A stretch of 64,000 nt of DNA from a bacterium (GCA_044869275.1 JBIOXB010000014.1:27264-91263); one strand, 5' to 3'; counted from the stretch's first letter, positions 9,301 to 19,633 are shown. The notes: a model not told the origin generated them from the sequence alone. Translations and numbers: made by a program.

Positions 9301-12300
9301 GCCGCGTGAAGGTGATTTTCACCGAGGCGATGGTTTCGATTCTGACTTCCCCATTCTTCTCTGCGCTCAAGGCCAAATTATTATTTCGATCCTTGCCCGC
9401 GATCAGAGCGTGAATCGTGGCCGCGCCGCCGCGCCGGCCGGTATTATCCACGCGATACAGCAACGTGTCAATCTCCCCGCCGGGCAAAATCAAATTGCCG
9501 TTGCGCGAGAGAAACGCAGGAGGCACGATGGTGTAATCGTTCTGCTGCGCTCCGTCAATCGTGATGGTGAGATTATCGTCGATAGGCGGATTGAGCGCAA
9601 TGGCCGCGCCGCCGTTGTTGCGCAGCACCACGGGAATCGTCCAGGGATTGTTCGACTCGGCCGGCACCACTGCAGCAGAAGGATTGACGCTCACAATTGC
9701 CAGCTCGGCACGCCGCTGCACGATCACGTCTTCGGTGTTATCGACGGGCTGCTCTTGTTGCGCCGTCGTGCGGGTATTGTGCGCCTTGGCTGAAATAATC
9801 GTGGCGGTGAATCTTTCACCGTTGTTTTCCTGGTTGCTCGCCATCACGGCAAAAACTACGCTTTGGGGTGAGCCGGAGGAAACGCTGGGTATGAGCTTGT
9901 CGCTGGGAGGATTGATCGTAGAACTGCCGTTGGAAGACAGCCGGACGATCACGCTGTCCGCCGCCTCCCCGCCGCGGTTTTCAACTTCCACTCGCACTTC
10001 AAAGGGCTGGCCGATGTTCACGCGCGGAGCATTCGGCGCGGAAGCCGGCACGATCGCCGTGCTGGTGAGGCGCAAGCTCGCCGCGGTCTGTACGGTGACG
10101 AAGCTGCTACCGCCGCTTTGTGTATCGTCCGAACGAGGATCGTCGCTATTCACCTCGATGGCGCCAATTTGGCCTGTGATGTTGTTCTGGCCCACTTGCG
10201 AGCCGGTTTGCGCGATCTCGAATCTCAGCGTACGCTCGCTGTTGCCCGCAATGATGTCGCCGCCCCCCACCAATGCCGTCGGCTGAGGCATGAAATAGCC
10301 TGCGTTCGGTGAAAAAGTGAGGCGAGTCACCGCTTGGTCAAATGACACGCGTACACCGCTGCCGCCGTTGTTCCTCACCAGCATGTCAACCGACCACACT
10401 TGCGTTTGGTTCACGGTCACGGTTTGCTGCGAGGGAGTCAACGAAACGATGTTCAGCGCCGCCCGCGATTGTACCTCGAAGCTGCCGTTGTTGCCGCTGC
10501 TCCGCGCCTCAAGCTTTTGATTGTTGGAGAGATCGACGACGCGAATATAGCCCTCTACCGTGGTGCCTCCGATTTTCTCGCCAGTCTTGCGAATCTCAAA
10601 ACGCAATGAATCACGGGCCCCAGCGGCCAAATTGGTATTGTTGGAGCCCAAAAATCTGCTAGGTGTTACAACATCAAAATCTCTGGTGACATCTCCGCCA
10701 TTCAACAATCGCAAGCCCACGCTATCGAGCTGCGCGGGAGAATTGCCGTTGTTGGCCACGGTCATCACGATGCTCCAGGGCTTTAACATCCCGGCGGTGA
10801 CCTTGGTCTGCGTGGAATGCATGCTGATCACCTGCAAGTTCGCCGGCGCGGTGACGCGCAATTCATTGCTCGCAAAAGTGACGTCGGAAGAGTAATTGTT
10901 GCCGTTGTGCGCGCCGCGCAACTGGAGCGTCGGCGCGTAAGCAGTCTGCGGCATGTTCACCGGAATGTTCTCTCCCACGAAGGTTAACGTGGTATCGCCC
11001 GGTGGAATGCTTCTCACCTTGTTAAGATCCAGATCGGCGCTGAAAGTGACGCCGCTGCCGAACACAAATCTCGTGGGCGTGGGAGTCGCCGTCAAATCCA
11101 AGGTGGCGGTGCCGCTGTTGCGCACGCGAACTCTGAAAGCGTATTGCGTGCCGTTGTTGACGGTTTTCGGGGTGAGGCTGTTGGGAATGTAAGTCACGTT
11201 GGGTGACGTTTGCACCGTTACGGATGAGCCATTATTGGTCGCAACGCGCGAAGCGCTGCTATTGAGCTCCGTCGCCGCCACTTTAGCCCAAATGAATGCC
11301 AGGCCGGGGGCAGTGCCCGTCGTGTTCACGGAGAAGCGCAAGCTGTCCGTGGTATTGCCGGCTAAATTCAACGAGCCCGTGCCCAGCCAGCTCGGCTGCA
11401 CCAGGCTCGAGGCATAGCCGGATTGAAAAGCATTGCCGATACGGAAGCGCACGTTCGTGGAGGTATCCACTTTCACGCTGACCGTGCTGCCGCCTTGATT
11501 GCGCACCACCAGTGTAATCTGCCAGGGATTGGTCTGCTCGGCCGTAACCGAGGGCCGCGAGGCGCGCACCTGTTGGATGACGAGATCGGCCGGGGTCTGC
11601 GACTCAATCGGCGTGCTCACCGGCGCAGAGGCGATTGGCGGGCCGCTGGGATTGTTGTAATCCGTGCCTTTGAGGCGCAGCGAAACTGGCAGCGAGCCGA
11701 TTTGGTTGCCGCTGCGCGTGACGGTGACTCTCAGGGCTTTCACTTCATTCGCCGCGATAATCGAATCGCCATCGAGAAATGCCGTGGGATAGCTGAAGTT
11801 AAAAGCCGGGTCGCTGCCCACGGTCACTCGGGTGGAATCCGTCGAGTAACGAACCGCGCTCTGGCCGGTATTGGTAACGTTCGCGGTGATGGTCCATGGC
11901 GAGGTTTGGTTCCGTGTGATGGTGGTTTGCGAGAATTGCAAAGCGCCACTAATATCCAGCGTACCGCGCATCTGCACCGTCACTTCACCCGAACCACTGT
12001 CATTGGTGTTGTCGGATAGGGGCTGGCCCGCGCCGTCCGTGCCCGCGACAAAGCCGACGATAGTGGCCCTGCCGGCACTAAGACCGGTTTGCGTAATGCG
12101 GAACGTCAAAGCGCCAGTAGCATTGCCCGGCAAAACCGTGCCGCCGCCGTCCAATGCCGTGGGATGTTGAATGCCATACTGCGAAGTCAAATCAACAGCG
12201 CCGATGATGAAATGGATAAGCGTCTTGTCCTGAGCGAGACTCAGATTTACCGGCGAGTCGGCAGAGTTTTGTAATTCCATGCGCACGGTCCACGGACGCG

Positions 12301-15300
12301 TCATGTTCGCGGTGACGCTGGGCTGCGAGACCGTGATTTGCGTGATACCGAAGGCATTGCCCGGAATGACGGTCCAGCTATCGGGGGTGGTGGCGCCGTT
12401 CAAATCATGGGCAGAGGCGCCGGAGTTGGCATCATGGCCATAGGCTTCGGCGTCGATCACAATGTCGCCCAGCACTGCACCGGTGCGCACATTGACCACG
12501 AAACTAAAATCCGCCGTGCCGTTGCCGGAAATACTCCCAGGATTGTTACTGTTGGGGATGACGGCGTATCCGATCGATTGATCGACCGCGCCCTGACGGA
12601 AGCGCAAACGAACGCTGTCGATCACGGCGTCGGCGGAAAACTGCACGCCCGAATTGTTCGCCACAGTCACGTTGACCGCAATGCCGTTTTGCCCGCCCGC
12701 CACGGTCGTGGGCGCAGTGTTCACGATTTGCACCGCAAGCTGTGCCGGGCGTAGCACCTGCCACGTATCCGTGGCGTTCGCGCCGAGATCATTGACCGGA
12801 GTGCCATTCACGGTGCCTGAGATGTCACCATCGATAGTGATCATCTCGAGAGCCGCGTTATTGCCAACGGCAACGTTGAAATTCAGATTAACCGTGCCAT
12901 TACCTGCAATAGTTGTGGGGTTATTTGCCGCCGGTGTCACGATGTAATCCGTGTTGCGGGGCTGCGTGCCGGTAAAAGTCAAGCCGCCTTGCAAAGCTTG
13001 GATCGGCGTGGTGCCCAAATTCTGCACGGACATGCTCACACTGGCGCCGGTTTGGCCGCGCGTGACAAAAGAAGGCACGGCAACAATCTGTATAATGCTC
13101 AAGCTGCCCAGATTAATCGTCGTGCTGCCAGTCGCGCCTAAACCACTGTTCACACCGATGGTGGCGACACCGCCAGCAATGCCGGCGCGGAAGGTAAAGC
13201 TCAAGCGGCTCTGGGCATTGGTTTGAATCTGCTTTCCCGGCGTCACCGGATCGACGTCCGGGTCTGTAATCTCACCTGAGGCTGGAGGTGTTACCGCCAC
13301 GGTAAAACGGCGATTGGGACCGACTTCATTATTATCCGCATCGCGAATGACCGAACTGATCACAATGGCGGTGGCTGTGCCATTCGCCGGCAGACTGTTC
13401 GGATTAGGCGTCAAATCCACCGTGCCGCTGGGATTGCCGGGCCGAACCGTGATTTGGCCGGTGGCATCCGAAATAACGCCGCCGGTATAAGTTCCGACGA
13501 TCGTCCCATTCACGGAGCCGTTCGCCGCTCCCAGAGAAGGCGAAAATGTGAGCGAGGAGCCGGTCGCGCTCACGGCCGGAGAGAGGTTGCCGGTGTTCGA
13601 CCAGGTGACATTCACGTCGCCAAGAAAATTGTTGCCGGCGTCATAACCTGCGGCATGAATTGTAACCGCGGAATCCGTGGTCATGTTATACACGCCAAAA
13701 ACCTCGCCGCCGCGATTGGCGGCGGTGCGCAACTCGACTCTCGCCACCACGCCGCTCACCACCGTGATCGTGCCGCTGTTGCCATCGATCACCGTGGCAG
13801 TCGGGTGATTGGCGCGAATGGATCCGCTGCCGATCGTCCCGGCGGTAAAGACGGTTGAGAGGCCATTGGCATTATTGACGGTGCCCATGCTGCCATCGAC
13901 CGCCCAACCCACGATTTCATCGCCTCTGTAGTTGTTCTCGGCATCAAAGCCACCGGCGTGAACCGTGAGTTGCTGGCCGGGATTCATCGTGATATCGCCT
14001 TGCGGCGCGGTGGCGCCGGTACCGCCGGACAGCACTACGACGCGATGCAGCGGGCCGACCGTGATGTTGATCGTACCCGTGGTGTCAAAACCTGCCGCGG
14101 CATGCGTGGCGCGAATCGTGCCATTCGCCGGCGCGAGCGTGGGCTGAAAGGTGAAGTTGGTGACGCCTGTGGCAGTGACCACTGGAGCCAGCGTGCCGGC
14201 GCTGCTCCAGTTCACGGCTTCGTCGCGAATGTAATTGCCGTCGAAATCAAAACCGGCGGCGTAAAGGCGCAGCTCCTGAATGGCACTCAGGGATTTATTG
14301 CCCAGCTCGGCACCCTGACCGCCGGGGTTCTCAAAAACTTTAATGTAAGAAAGCTGGCCGGGATTGACGGTGATGATGCCGGTCAAATCACTCCCCGCCG
14401 AGGCATGATCCGCGCGAATCTGGCCGCGTCCGGTTTTTGTCGGGTTGAAAGTCGTGCTGGTGCCGCTCAATGGAGAAACGCCGCCAATGGGGTCACCCGT
14501 GATCGTCCAATTCACCGTGACGTCATTCTTATAATTATTATCCGCGTCAAAACCGCCGGCGTGCACGGTAAACGATTCGTCCGTGGTCACGGAGCGCTCG
14601 TCCACCGGAAGCAGATTGCCGGCATCGCCGGTGAGAATGGTGAGGTGATGCAAATTGCCCGTGATCACCGTAATCACGCCGCTGGAATCGTCGCGCGCCG
14701 AGACATGGTTCGCCACGAGGCGCGCCGCGCCGGGCCGTGTCAAGGTCAAATTGGTCGAAGCGCCGTTCGTGGGATTCAAAGCGCCGATGGCTTCACCCAA
14801 GATGCTCCAATCCACCGTTTGATCGCCGAGGTAATTGTTCTGCGCATCATAACCGGCGGCATGGACTTGAACCAGGTCGTCTGTGGTCCGGGACAGGTTG
14901 CCAAGCTCAGAGCCCTGGCCGGCGGGCCCAAGCACGACCTTTACGTAGCTCAAATTGCCGCTCTGCACCGTGATCGTGCCGGTGGCGTCATCGTCCAATG
15001 AGGCGTGGTTCGCCGTGATCACACCCGAACCGGCAGTTGTGGCCGTAAAGCGCGTGCCGATGCCGGTCGTCGGAATGAGGGTGCCGATTGGAGTGCTCAG
15101 TTCCCACGTCACGCTAACGTCTGTAATGCGATTATTGTCGCGATCAAAACTGCTGGCGTGCATATCCAGGGGAGGATCGCCTGTGACCAAAGTTGCGTTG
15201 TTGACTTCACTGCCATTGCCGGAGAGGCCGGCCAGAATTTTCACGCGCACCGGTGCACCCACCGCAACCGTAAACAGGTTTGTGCTGTCGTCCAGTGCCG

Positions 15301-18300
15301 TGGCATGATTCGCCACGATGCGGCCCGAACCCGGCACTTGCGGGTCAAACTCCGTCGAAACATTGATCGCGGGTGAGACCACGCCGATGCCGTTGCGCGC
15401 GATCCACGTCACCGTGTAATCGCCGAGATAATTATTTGAGGCATCGTAACCGGCCGCGTGCAACGTGAGCTGGCCGTCGGTGGTGAGATTTCTGCCGGTG
15501 AAGCGCGTGCCGTCGCCGCTGCTGCCTTCCACAATACGCACGCGGAAGAGATTGCCGCTCGATACCGTGATCGTGCCCGTGAAGCCATCGATCAAAGTGG
15601 GATGATCGGCATTGATCACCCCGGTGCCGGCAGTCGAGGCCGTGAGGCGGGTGGTCACGCCGTTATTCTGTGACAGTGAACCGATATTGCCGGTAACGTT
15701 CCAGCTCACGGACACGTCTTGCATATAGTTGCCATCTGCATCAAAGCTCGCCGCATGCACGTCCTGGGTCTGGCCAGTGGTCAGATTCAGCGTGGTAATC
15801 TCACCGATATTGCCGGAGGTGCCGGTCAAAACTTTCACACGATACCCTGCGCCGGGATTGACCGTGATCACACCCGAGCTGTCGTCAATGGCCGAGGCAT
15901 GATTCGCGACAATTCTACCCGTACCGGTGGTGTTGGCGTAAAACGTGGTCGAGGCGGCATTCGTGGCCGGATCGAAGATCCCGATGTTGGCGGTGATCTG
16001 TGCGACCAGCCAATTCACGTTTTGATCGCCGGTGTAATTGCCGAATGCGTCATAACCCGCGGCATGCACCGCCAGGATCTGATCCGCGGTCAAAGTCTTC
16101 GTGGCCAGCTCTGCCGGCGCGTCGCCGCTGCTGCCTTCCACCACCTTGACGCGCTGCAAGGGTCCGGCAATCACGTTGAATTGGTTGGACTGGCCGCTCT
16201 TACCGCCGCCACTAACGTTGAGAAACACCCCGTCCTGTTTTTTCGTGAGGCGCGCATTATTGACCGTTACCACGGTGCCGTTCATCGCCACGCTCGACGG
16301 CGTCAATGTGCTCGTGGCATCGCCCAACGCAACCGTGCCGTTGAAATTGACGTCGTTGCCGCTGGCGTCTTTAGCCGTGATCGTAAAACTGAAATTCGTG
16401 CCCGCTTGTTGCGTGGGAATGGTGCTGAACACGAAATGATCCAGGCCCGAGGCGCTGACGTTGAAACTGGTGGAGTTGCCGCTGTGACCCGCGCCATCCG
16501 TGACATTGATGATGCGACTGCTGCCCGTCGCCGCAATGGTGACACTTACCGTGCGCACGCCGGCGCTGAAGGCACCGCTGGTTGAGGGCGTAATCGTGCC
16601 GGAATTCAAGGAAATCGTGACCGCTCCGCTGAAACCGGTCACGGTATTGTCGAATTGGTCTTGCGCCGTTATTGTAATCGGGAAGCTTTGCCCGGCAATT
16701 TGATCTGCAACCGTGGAAATGGCGAATTTGCTCAACGCCGCCGGGGCGACATTGAAAGTGTTCGATGGGTTGGTTTTGCCCAAGCCGGTGACCGTGAGGC
16801 GATTGCTCGTGAAGCTTTTGGTAATGGTGAAATTCTGTGTCAGAATCCCGGCGGTAAAATTGTTGCTGGTGGCGGGCGCAATCGAGCTGCTCAAATCGGA
16901 AAGCGACACGGTGCCGGTAAAATTCGTGACCGTGTTGTTGCTGGCATCTTTCGCCGTAACCGTGATATTGAATTGCACACCCGCGGTTTGATTGCCGATG
17001 GTGCTGATTTCAAAATGATCCACGGTCTGCGCCTGCACGTTGAAGGCGTTCGAATTGCCGCTTCTCACCGGCGAGCCACCGCTCACGCTGATGATATTGG
17101 CCGTGCGCGCCTGAGTGATGGTGACACCTTCCGTGCGCACACCGCCAATGAATGTGCCGCTGGCAGCGGGGGCGATGGTGCCGGTCAGGTCCGAAATCGT
17201 CACCGTGCCGGTGAAATCGGTTTTGAGATTGTTTTGTGCGTCGCGCGCACGCATGGTGACACTGAACGGCGCACCCGTGGCCTGGTCGGATATCATGTCC
17301 AGCGTGAAGCCATTCAACGCGCCGGGATTGACATTGAACAAATTCGAGGTGCCGCTGCGGGCCGGCGCGCCGCCGGTTGCCGTGAGCTGATTATCGTTGC
17401 GGGTGAGATTTACGGTCACGTTTTGCGAGGCCAGCACGCCGCCCGACAAAGACGCGCTGGTGACGCTGATGCCAGTCAAATCCGTTATCGTCACCGTTTG
17501 GTTGAAATTGGCGACAGTGTTATTGAACGCATCCTGCGCCACGACGCGAATCGCGAAGGTCGTGCCCGCGGTTTGCGCGCCGATATTGGCGTCGCTCGTA
17601 TTCGTCACTCGGAAATGATCCAGCAGCGCGTGCGTCACTGTAAAGCTGCTGCTCTGAGCGGTTTTACCGCTGCCACTGGCAAAAATCACGACATTATTCT
17701 GCGCCCGGGTAATGCGCGCATTATTAATCGTCACTGCAGATTGATTGCTGAACACCAACGGCGAGGCCGTCAAAGTGTTCGTGTTGTCACTCAGAGTCAC
17801 CGTACCGGAATGCGGGATATTGTTGTTGTTGGCATCCTGTGCCGTCACGGTCACGCTGAAATTTTGCCCGGCAATTTGATTGCCGACCGCGGCGATCACG
17901 AAATGATCCAGTGCGCCGGCATTGACATTGAACACATTCGACTGTCCGGCCTTGCCGGCGCTGGCGATCGTGATCCTCGTGCTTGTGGCCGGCTGCGTGA
18001 AAGTCACCGTCTCCGCGCGCATGCCTCCGGCAAACGCCCCGCTGGTGGCAGGCCCCACCGTGCCCACAGTGGCGCCGATCGTGGCCGTGCCATTGAAACC
18101 GGTGACGGTGTTGTTCAAGGTATCCTGTGCCGTGAAGGTGACCGGAAAGCCGGTGCCGGCAGTCTGGGGCGTCGCAATGTTCGAAACCGCAAAATGATGC
18201 AGTGCGTTTGGATTCACCGTGAACACATTAGTGCTGCCAAACTGTCCCGTGGCCGCGGTTGCCGTGATCACCCTGCCCGTGCCTGCCAAATCGGTTCTCA

Positions 18301-18988
18301 CCGCTTGCGTGAGTGCACCCTGCGCAAATGCGGCACTGGTGGGCGGAATCACTGTACCCTGATTCGCGGTGAACGTGACTATGCCGGCAAAAGATTTGAC
18401 CACGTTTTCATAATCGTCGCGCGCCGACATCACCAGATTGAAATTCACGCCCGCGACCGGCGGCGTGGTAATATTATTGATTGTGAAATGATCCAGTGGC
18501 CCGTGAATGATTCTGAACGCCGGCGAGGTGGCGGAGTCTATGCGCACATTCGCCGCGGTGAGCGTTTCAATAAAAAGGCGGAAGGTGTCCGCCACTGTGG
18601 AATTATAAACGATCGCCAATTTGATTTGCGCGGAATCGCCCGCCGCCAGGGCCGTGCCGGTATTGTCGCGCGTGAGCGTCAACACGTGATTCACGTTTTG
18701 GATGCTCGCGTAGCCTCCATTCAGCCCGCTATCGTTGATCACGGCGGCAACCGCGGAATCGGTAAAACCCGGAGGGAACGTGATACGAAGCTTGCCGTCG
18801 GCAGGAATACCGGTCCCCGTGAGGCTGCTGCGGAATTTAATGGTATAAAGCGCGCCCGAGCCGGCGGTGGAATCCGAGGGCGTGACATTGACTCGGGAGA
18901 GCAGGCCTTGTCCCATGCCCGGCGCCGCCGCGATCATCACGGCCAGACCAGCCCAGCGCAAGAATTTCCTTGGACGATGCGTCATCAT
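6329..18988 (-). CDS. Giant (4219 aa) secreted multi-Ig-repeat surface protein / adhesin with C-terminal T9SS type A / FlgD-Ig sorting domain
   Basis: Signal peptide; Thr/Gly/Asn/Val-rich tandem ~100-130 aa beta-sandwich repeats; C-terminal YNYPNPF...IFTLLGELV...WDGRNGNG..V.NGVY motif. Confidence 0.88.
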   Translation of the reverse strand: MMTHRPRKFLRWAGLAVMIAAAPGMGQGLLSRVNVTPSDSTAGSGALYTIKFRSSLTGTGIPADGKLRITFPPGFTDSAVAAVINDSGLNGGYASIQNVNHVLTLTRDNTGTALAAGDSAQIKLAIVYNSTVADTFRLFIETLTAANVRIDSATSPAFRIIHGPLDHFTINNITTPPVAGVNFNLVMSARDDYENVVKSFAGIVTFTANQGTVIPPTSAAFAQGALTQAVRTDLAGTGRVITATAATGQFGSTNVFTVNPNALHHFAVSNIATPQTAGTGFPVTFTAQDTLNNTVTGFNGTATIGATVGTVGPATSGAFAGGMRAETVTFTQPATSTRITIASAGKAGQSNVFNVNAGALDHFVIAAVGNQIAGQNFSVTVTAQDANNNNIPHSGTVTLSDNTNTLTASPLVFSNQSAVTINNARITRAQNNVVIFASGSGKTAQSSSFTVTHALLDHFRVTNTSDANIGAQTAGTTFAIRVVAQDAFNNTVANFNQTVTITDLTGISVTSASLSGGVLASQNVTVNLTRNDNQLTATGGAPARSGTSNLFNVNPGALNGFTLDMISDQATGAPFSVTMRARDAQNNLKTDFTGTVTISDLTGTIAPAASGTFIGGVRTEGVTITQARTANIISVSGGSPVRSGNSNAFNVQAQTVDHFEISTIGNQTAGVQFNITVTAKDASNNTVTNFTGTVSLSDLSSSIAPATSNNFTAGILTQNFTITKSFTSNRLTVTGLGKTNPSNTFNVAPAALSKFAISTVADQIAGQSFPITITAQDQFDNTVTGFSGAVTISLNSGTITPSTSGAFSAGVRTVSVTIAATGSSRIINVTDGAGHSGNSTSFNVSASGLDHFVFSTIPTQQAGTNFSFTITAKDASGNDVNFNGTVALGDATSTLTPSSVAMNGTVVTVNNARLTKKQDGVFLNVSGGGKSGQSNQFNVIAGPLQRVKVVEGSSGDAPAELATKTLTADQILAVHAAGYDAFGNYTGDQNVNWLVAQITANIGIFDPATNAASTTFYANTTGTGRIVANHASAIDDSSGVITVNPGAGYRVKVLTGTSGNIGEITTLNLTTGQTQDVHAASFDADGNYMQDVSVSWNVTGNIGSLSQNNGVTTRLTASTAGTGVINADHPTLIDGFTGTITVSSGNLFRVRIVEGSSGDGTRFTGRNLTTDGQLTLHAAGYDASNNYLGDYTVTWIARNGIGVVSPAINVSTEFDPQVPGSGRIVANHATALDDSTNLFTVAVGAPVRVKILAGLSGNGSEVNNATLVTGDPPLDMHASSFDRDNNRITDVSVTWELSTPIGTLIPTTGIGTRFTATTAGSGVITANHASLDDDATGTITVQSGNLSYVKVVLGPAGQGSELGNLSRTTDDLVQVHAAGYDAQNNYLGDQTVDWSILGEAIGALNPTNGASTNLTLTRPGAARLVANHVSARDDSSGVITVITGNLHHLTILTGDAGNLLPVDERSVTTDESFTVHAGGFDADNNYKNDVTVNWTITGDPIGGVSPLSGTSTTFNPTKTGRGQIRADHASAGSDLTGIITVNPGQLSYIKVFENPGGQGAELGNKSLSAIQELRLYAAGFDFDGNYIRDEAVNWSSAGTLAPVVTATGVTNFTFQPTLAPANGTIRATHAAAGFDTTGTINITVGPLHRVVVLSGGTGATAPQGDITMNPGQQLTVHAGGFDAENNYRGDEIVGWAVDGSMGTVNNANGLSTVFTAGTIGSGSIRANHPTATVIDGNSGTITVVSGVVARVELRTAANRGGEVFGVYNMTTDSAVTIHAAGYDAGNNFLGDVNVTWSNTGNLSPAVSATGSSLTFSPSLGAANGSVNGTIVGTYTGGVISDATGQITVRPGNPSGTVDLTPNPNSLPANGTATAIVISSVIRDADNNEVGPNRRFTVAVTPPASGEITDPDVDPVTPGKQIQTNAQSRLSFTFRAGIAGGVATIGVNSGLGATGSTTINLGSLSIIQIVAVPSFVTRGQTGASVSMSVQNLGTTPIQALQGGLTFTGTQPRNTDYIVTPAANNPTTIAGNGTVNLNFNVAVGNNAALEMITIDGDISGTVNGTPVNDLGANATDTWQVLRPAQLAVQIVNTAPTTVAGGQNGIAVNVTVANNSGVQFSADAVIDSVRLRFRQGAVDQSIGYAVIPNSNNPGSISGNGTADFSFVVNVRTGAVLGDIVIDAEAYGHDANSGASAHDLNGATTPDSWTVIPGNAFGITQITVSQPSVTANMTRPWTVRMELQNSADSPVNLSLAQDKTLIHFIIGAVDLTSQYGIQHPTALDGGGTVLPGNATGALTFRITQTGLSAGRATIVGFVAGTDGAGQPLSDNTNDSGSGEVTVQMRGTLDISGALQFSQTTITRNQTSPWTITANVTNTGQSAVRYSTDSTRVTVGSDPAFNFSYPTAFLDGDSIIAANEVKALRVTVTRSGNQIGSLPVSLRLKGTDYNNPSGPPIASAPVSTPIESQTPADLVIQQVRASRPSVTAEQTNPWQITLVVRNQGGSTVSVKVDTSTNVRFRIGNAFQSGYASSLVQPSWLGTGSLNLAGNTTDSLRFSVNTTGTAPGLAFIWAKVAATELNSSASRVATNNGSSVTVQTSPNVTYIPNSLTPKTVNNGTQYAFRVRVRNSGTATLDLTATPTPTRFVFGSGVTFSADLDLNKVRSIPPGDTTLTFVGENIPVNMPQTAYAPTLQLRGAHNGNNYSSDVTFASNELRVTAPANLQVISMHSTQTKVTAGMLKPWSIVMTVANNGNSPAQLDSVGLRLLNGGDVTRDFDVVTPSRFLGSNNTNLAAGARDSLRFEIRKTGEKIGGTTVEGYIRVVDLSNNQKLEARSSGNNGSFEVQSRAALNIVSLTPSQQTVTVNQTQVWSVDMLVRNNGGSGVRVSFDQAVTRLTFSPNAGYFMPQPTALVGGGDIIAGNSERTLRFEIAQTGSQVGQNNITGQIGAIEVNSDDPRSDDTQSGGSSFVTVQTAASLRLTSTAIVPASAPNAPRVNIGQPFEVRVEVENRGGEAADSVIVRLSSNGSSTINPPSDKLIPSVSSGSPQSVVFAVMASNQENNGERFTATIISAKAHNTRTTAQQEQPVDNTEDVIVQRRAELAIVSVNPSAAVVPAESNNPWTIPVVLRNNGGAAIALNPPIDDNLTITIDGAQQNDYTIVPPAFLSRNGNLILPGGEIDTLLYRVDNTGRRGGAATIHALIAGKDRNNNLALSAEKNGEVRIETIASVKITFTRPIVNHFFQNSNVGSVNTNQNFAIEVEVENSSLEDVRDVLVELVSSTNSSHIPAQQQTIVSLPQRQQRQIRFEVIAAATPDNQPENFVARVLDATAAISGGRANINRGADTTAQVRIQLPAELALEVNADFNNLTTNQIFELNAEVSNLPNAAEVDQSGRLTLSLPEGSGFTILDPGMEQPFNPGQRVVWRLQAPDSATAGPLAVNMTTVPRDLNSAASAIVAKSADSALVNVVFSNLNISKSVIIDPEGAKDGVVSTGQTFKIESSLAFSKDLAQKKITLTLPSNTGYEFRSGSSATIFDFSAQESWEILVPGAPVDTRSFIIKAEGVTENGTGVPVTNSDTVRVQAVQQATLDFSVKLIKPGQDTTGALTVDQTFTIRATLANQGVAAAVDTATVRLQLGETGVTTTDDLEKKIYISSGSSGVVEWIAQAPPIPTPESILTVQLLNRLNDENSGGPAVWNRGIDNSVINKAVRTDSVGTLFVDQLYIYEPAGAADNTLSTQQEFRVRALIKGRNLTTLRAELVVPAGFSFVNEADRIQRFDSLDVETSRVWQMRAPRNRLSQQQIYVTVTGKDANSGSEVSSISSNLVVDIVESADLFLSASITYPQSVALDNVASIGQPFEITAILENRGEADTVGAGSINLVLPAGYTTAEPLAKTTINSQARWQVTARNTPSVVAEVITLTLNKPYPNDRNTGDEAPASVVERTLNIRTEETILTVTDISASQGIKAGPVISQQKGIPVLALDWRNEGNEGSSNIVMKTLKFYVVNSQNQDLPPNAAVARVQVVAGDDPNKVLGQLTEIPNTNPLTLNFAIIDTVFGGASKQATILVDVANAATADDFFLTVRSGNDIIAENADSPSKQVQVNLAGGTITSVAAVLSSANYEDSFYNYPNPFSTVRNGRTTFNYSLPQDSEVDFRIFTLLGELVYTKSFKSTDPQGKAGARTNGVSQGFIEWDGRNGNGDLVFNGVYMAVLKTSAGTVTTKVAVVK

Positions 18989-19024
18989 GACACGAATGCT
19001 CTATTTTAGATTAAGGGGGAGGCG

Positions 19025-19537
19025 TTATTGATTCGTCTTCCGCACGAATTGGATCGGATAACTCTTTTTTCCCGCGGCGGCATTTCCCGAGGCACTTCTC
19101 TGCATGAACGTGACCTCGAGGTTGCCGGCCAGCGTCGCCGGACTGGTGATCAATCCCAGCATCAGCTCCACTTGCCGGCCTGGCGGAATGGCTGCACCCA
19201 AGCCGGTGCGCCGCACGCGCACGAGGCTGCCCTCGCGCGTGAGCTTGAAGCCGCCGTTGATGGTGGTCGAGCTGGCTATTTCCAGCAGGCGCAAATCGAG
19301 CGCGGCAGGAAACTCAAAAACCAGCTCGGCTTGTGTGTCGAGCGTATCGGCCGTGGTGTAGCGAATTTCGTACAACGAGGGTTTGCCTGCCTCAGCTCTG
19401 AGGGCTTGCATGCTGAACGCAGGGGAGGCATCATTTGGGCGGGCGCTCGACCGCTCTTGCGCTATCACCGCGAAAGCGGAGGCAAGCAAGGCGAGCGGCA
19501 CCATGAGTGGCAGCCTGCGAAGGCTCAGGCTTCTCAT
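19025..19537 (-). CDS. Small secreted protein resembling the N-terminal domain of the downstream giant protein
   Basis: AGGAG RBS before ATG 19537; signal peptide (VIA-Q); aligns by eye with roughly residues 30-160 of the 4219-aa protein. Confidence 0.75.
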   Translation of the reverse strand: MRSLSLRRLPLMVPLALLASAFAVIAQERSSARPNDASPAFSMQALRAEAGKPSLYEIRYTTADTLDTQAELVFEFPAALDLRLLEIASSTTINGGFKLTREGSLVRVRRTGLGAAIPPGRQVELMLGLITSPATLAGNLEVTFMQRSASGNAAAGKKSYPIQFVRKTNQ

Positions 19538-19633
19538 CGGTTCAACTCCTGTCTCATCCATGTGACGTTGTTTTATCATGGAACATGAAAGTAGGGTTTA
19601 ACTCAATAAAATTGCGATTTCGCAACCATTTTC

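Noticed and set aside
16655..19009. 784-aa plus-strand ORF and many similar ORFs opposite the giant gene
   Set aside because: Antisense shadow ORFs caused by GC-rich codon bias; Arg/His-rich with no motifs.
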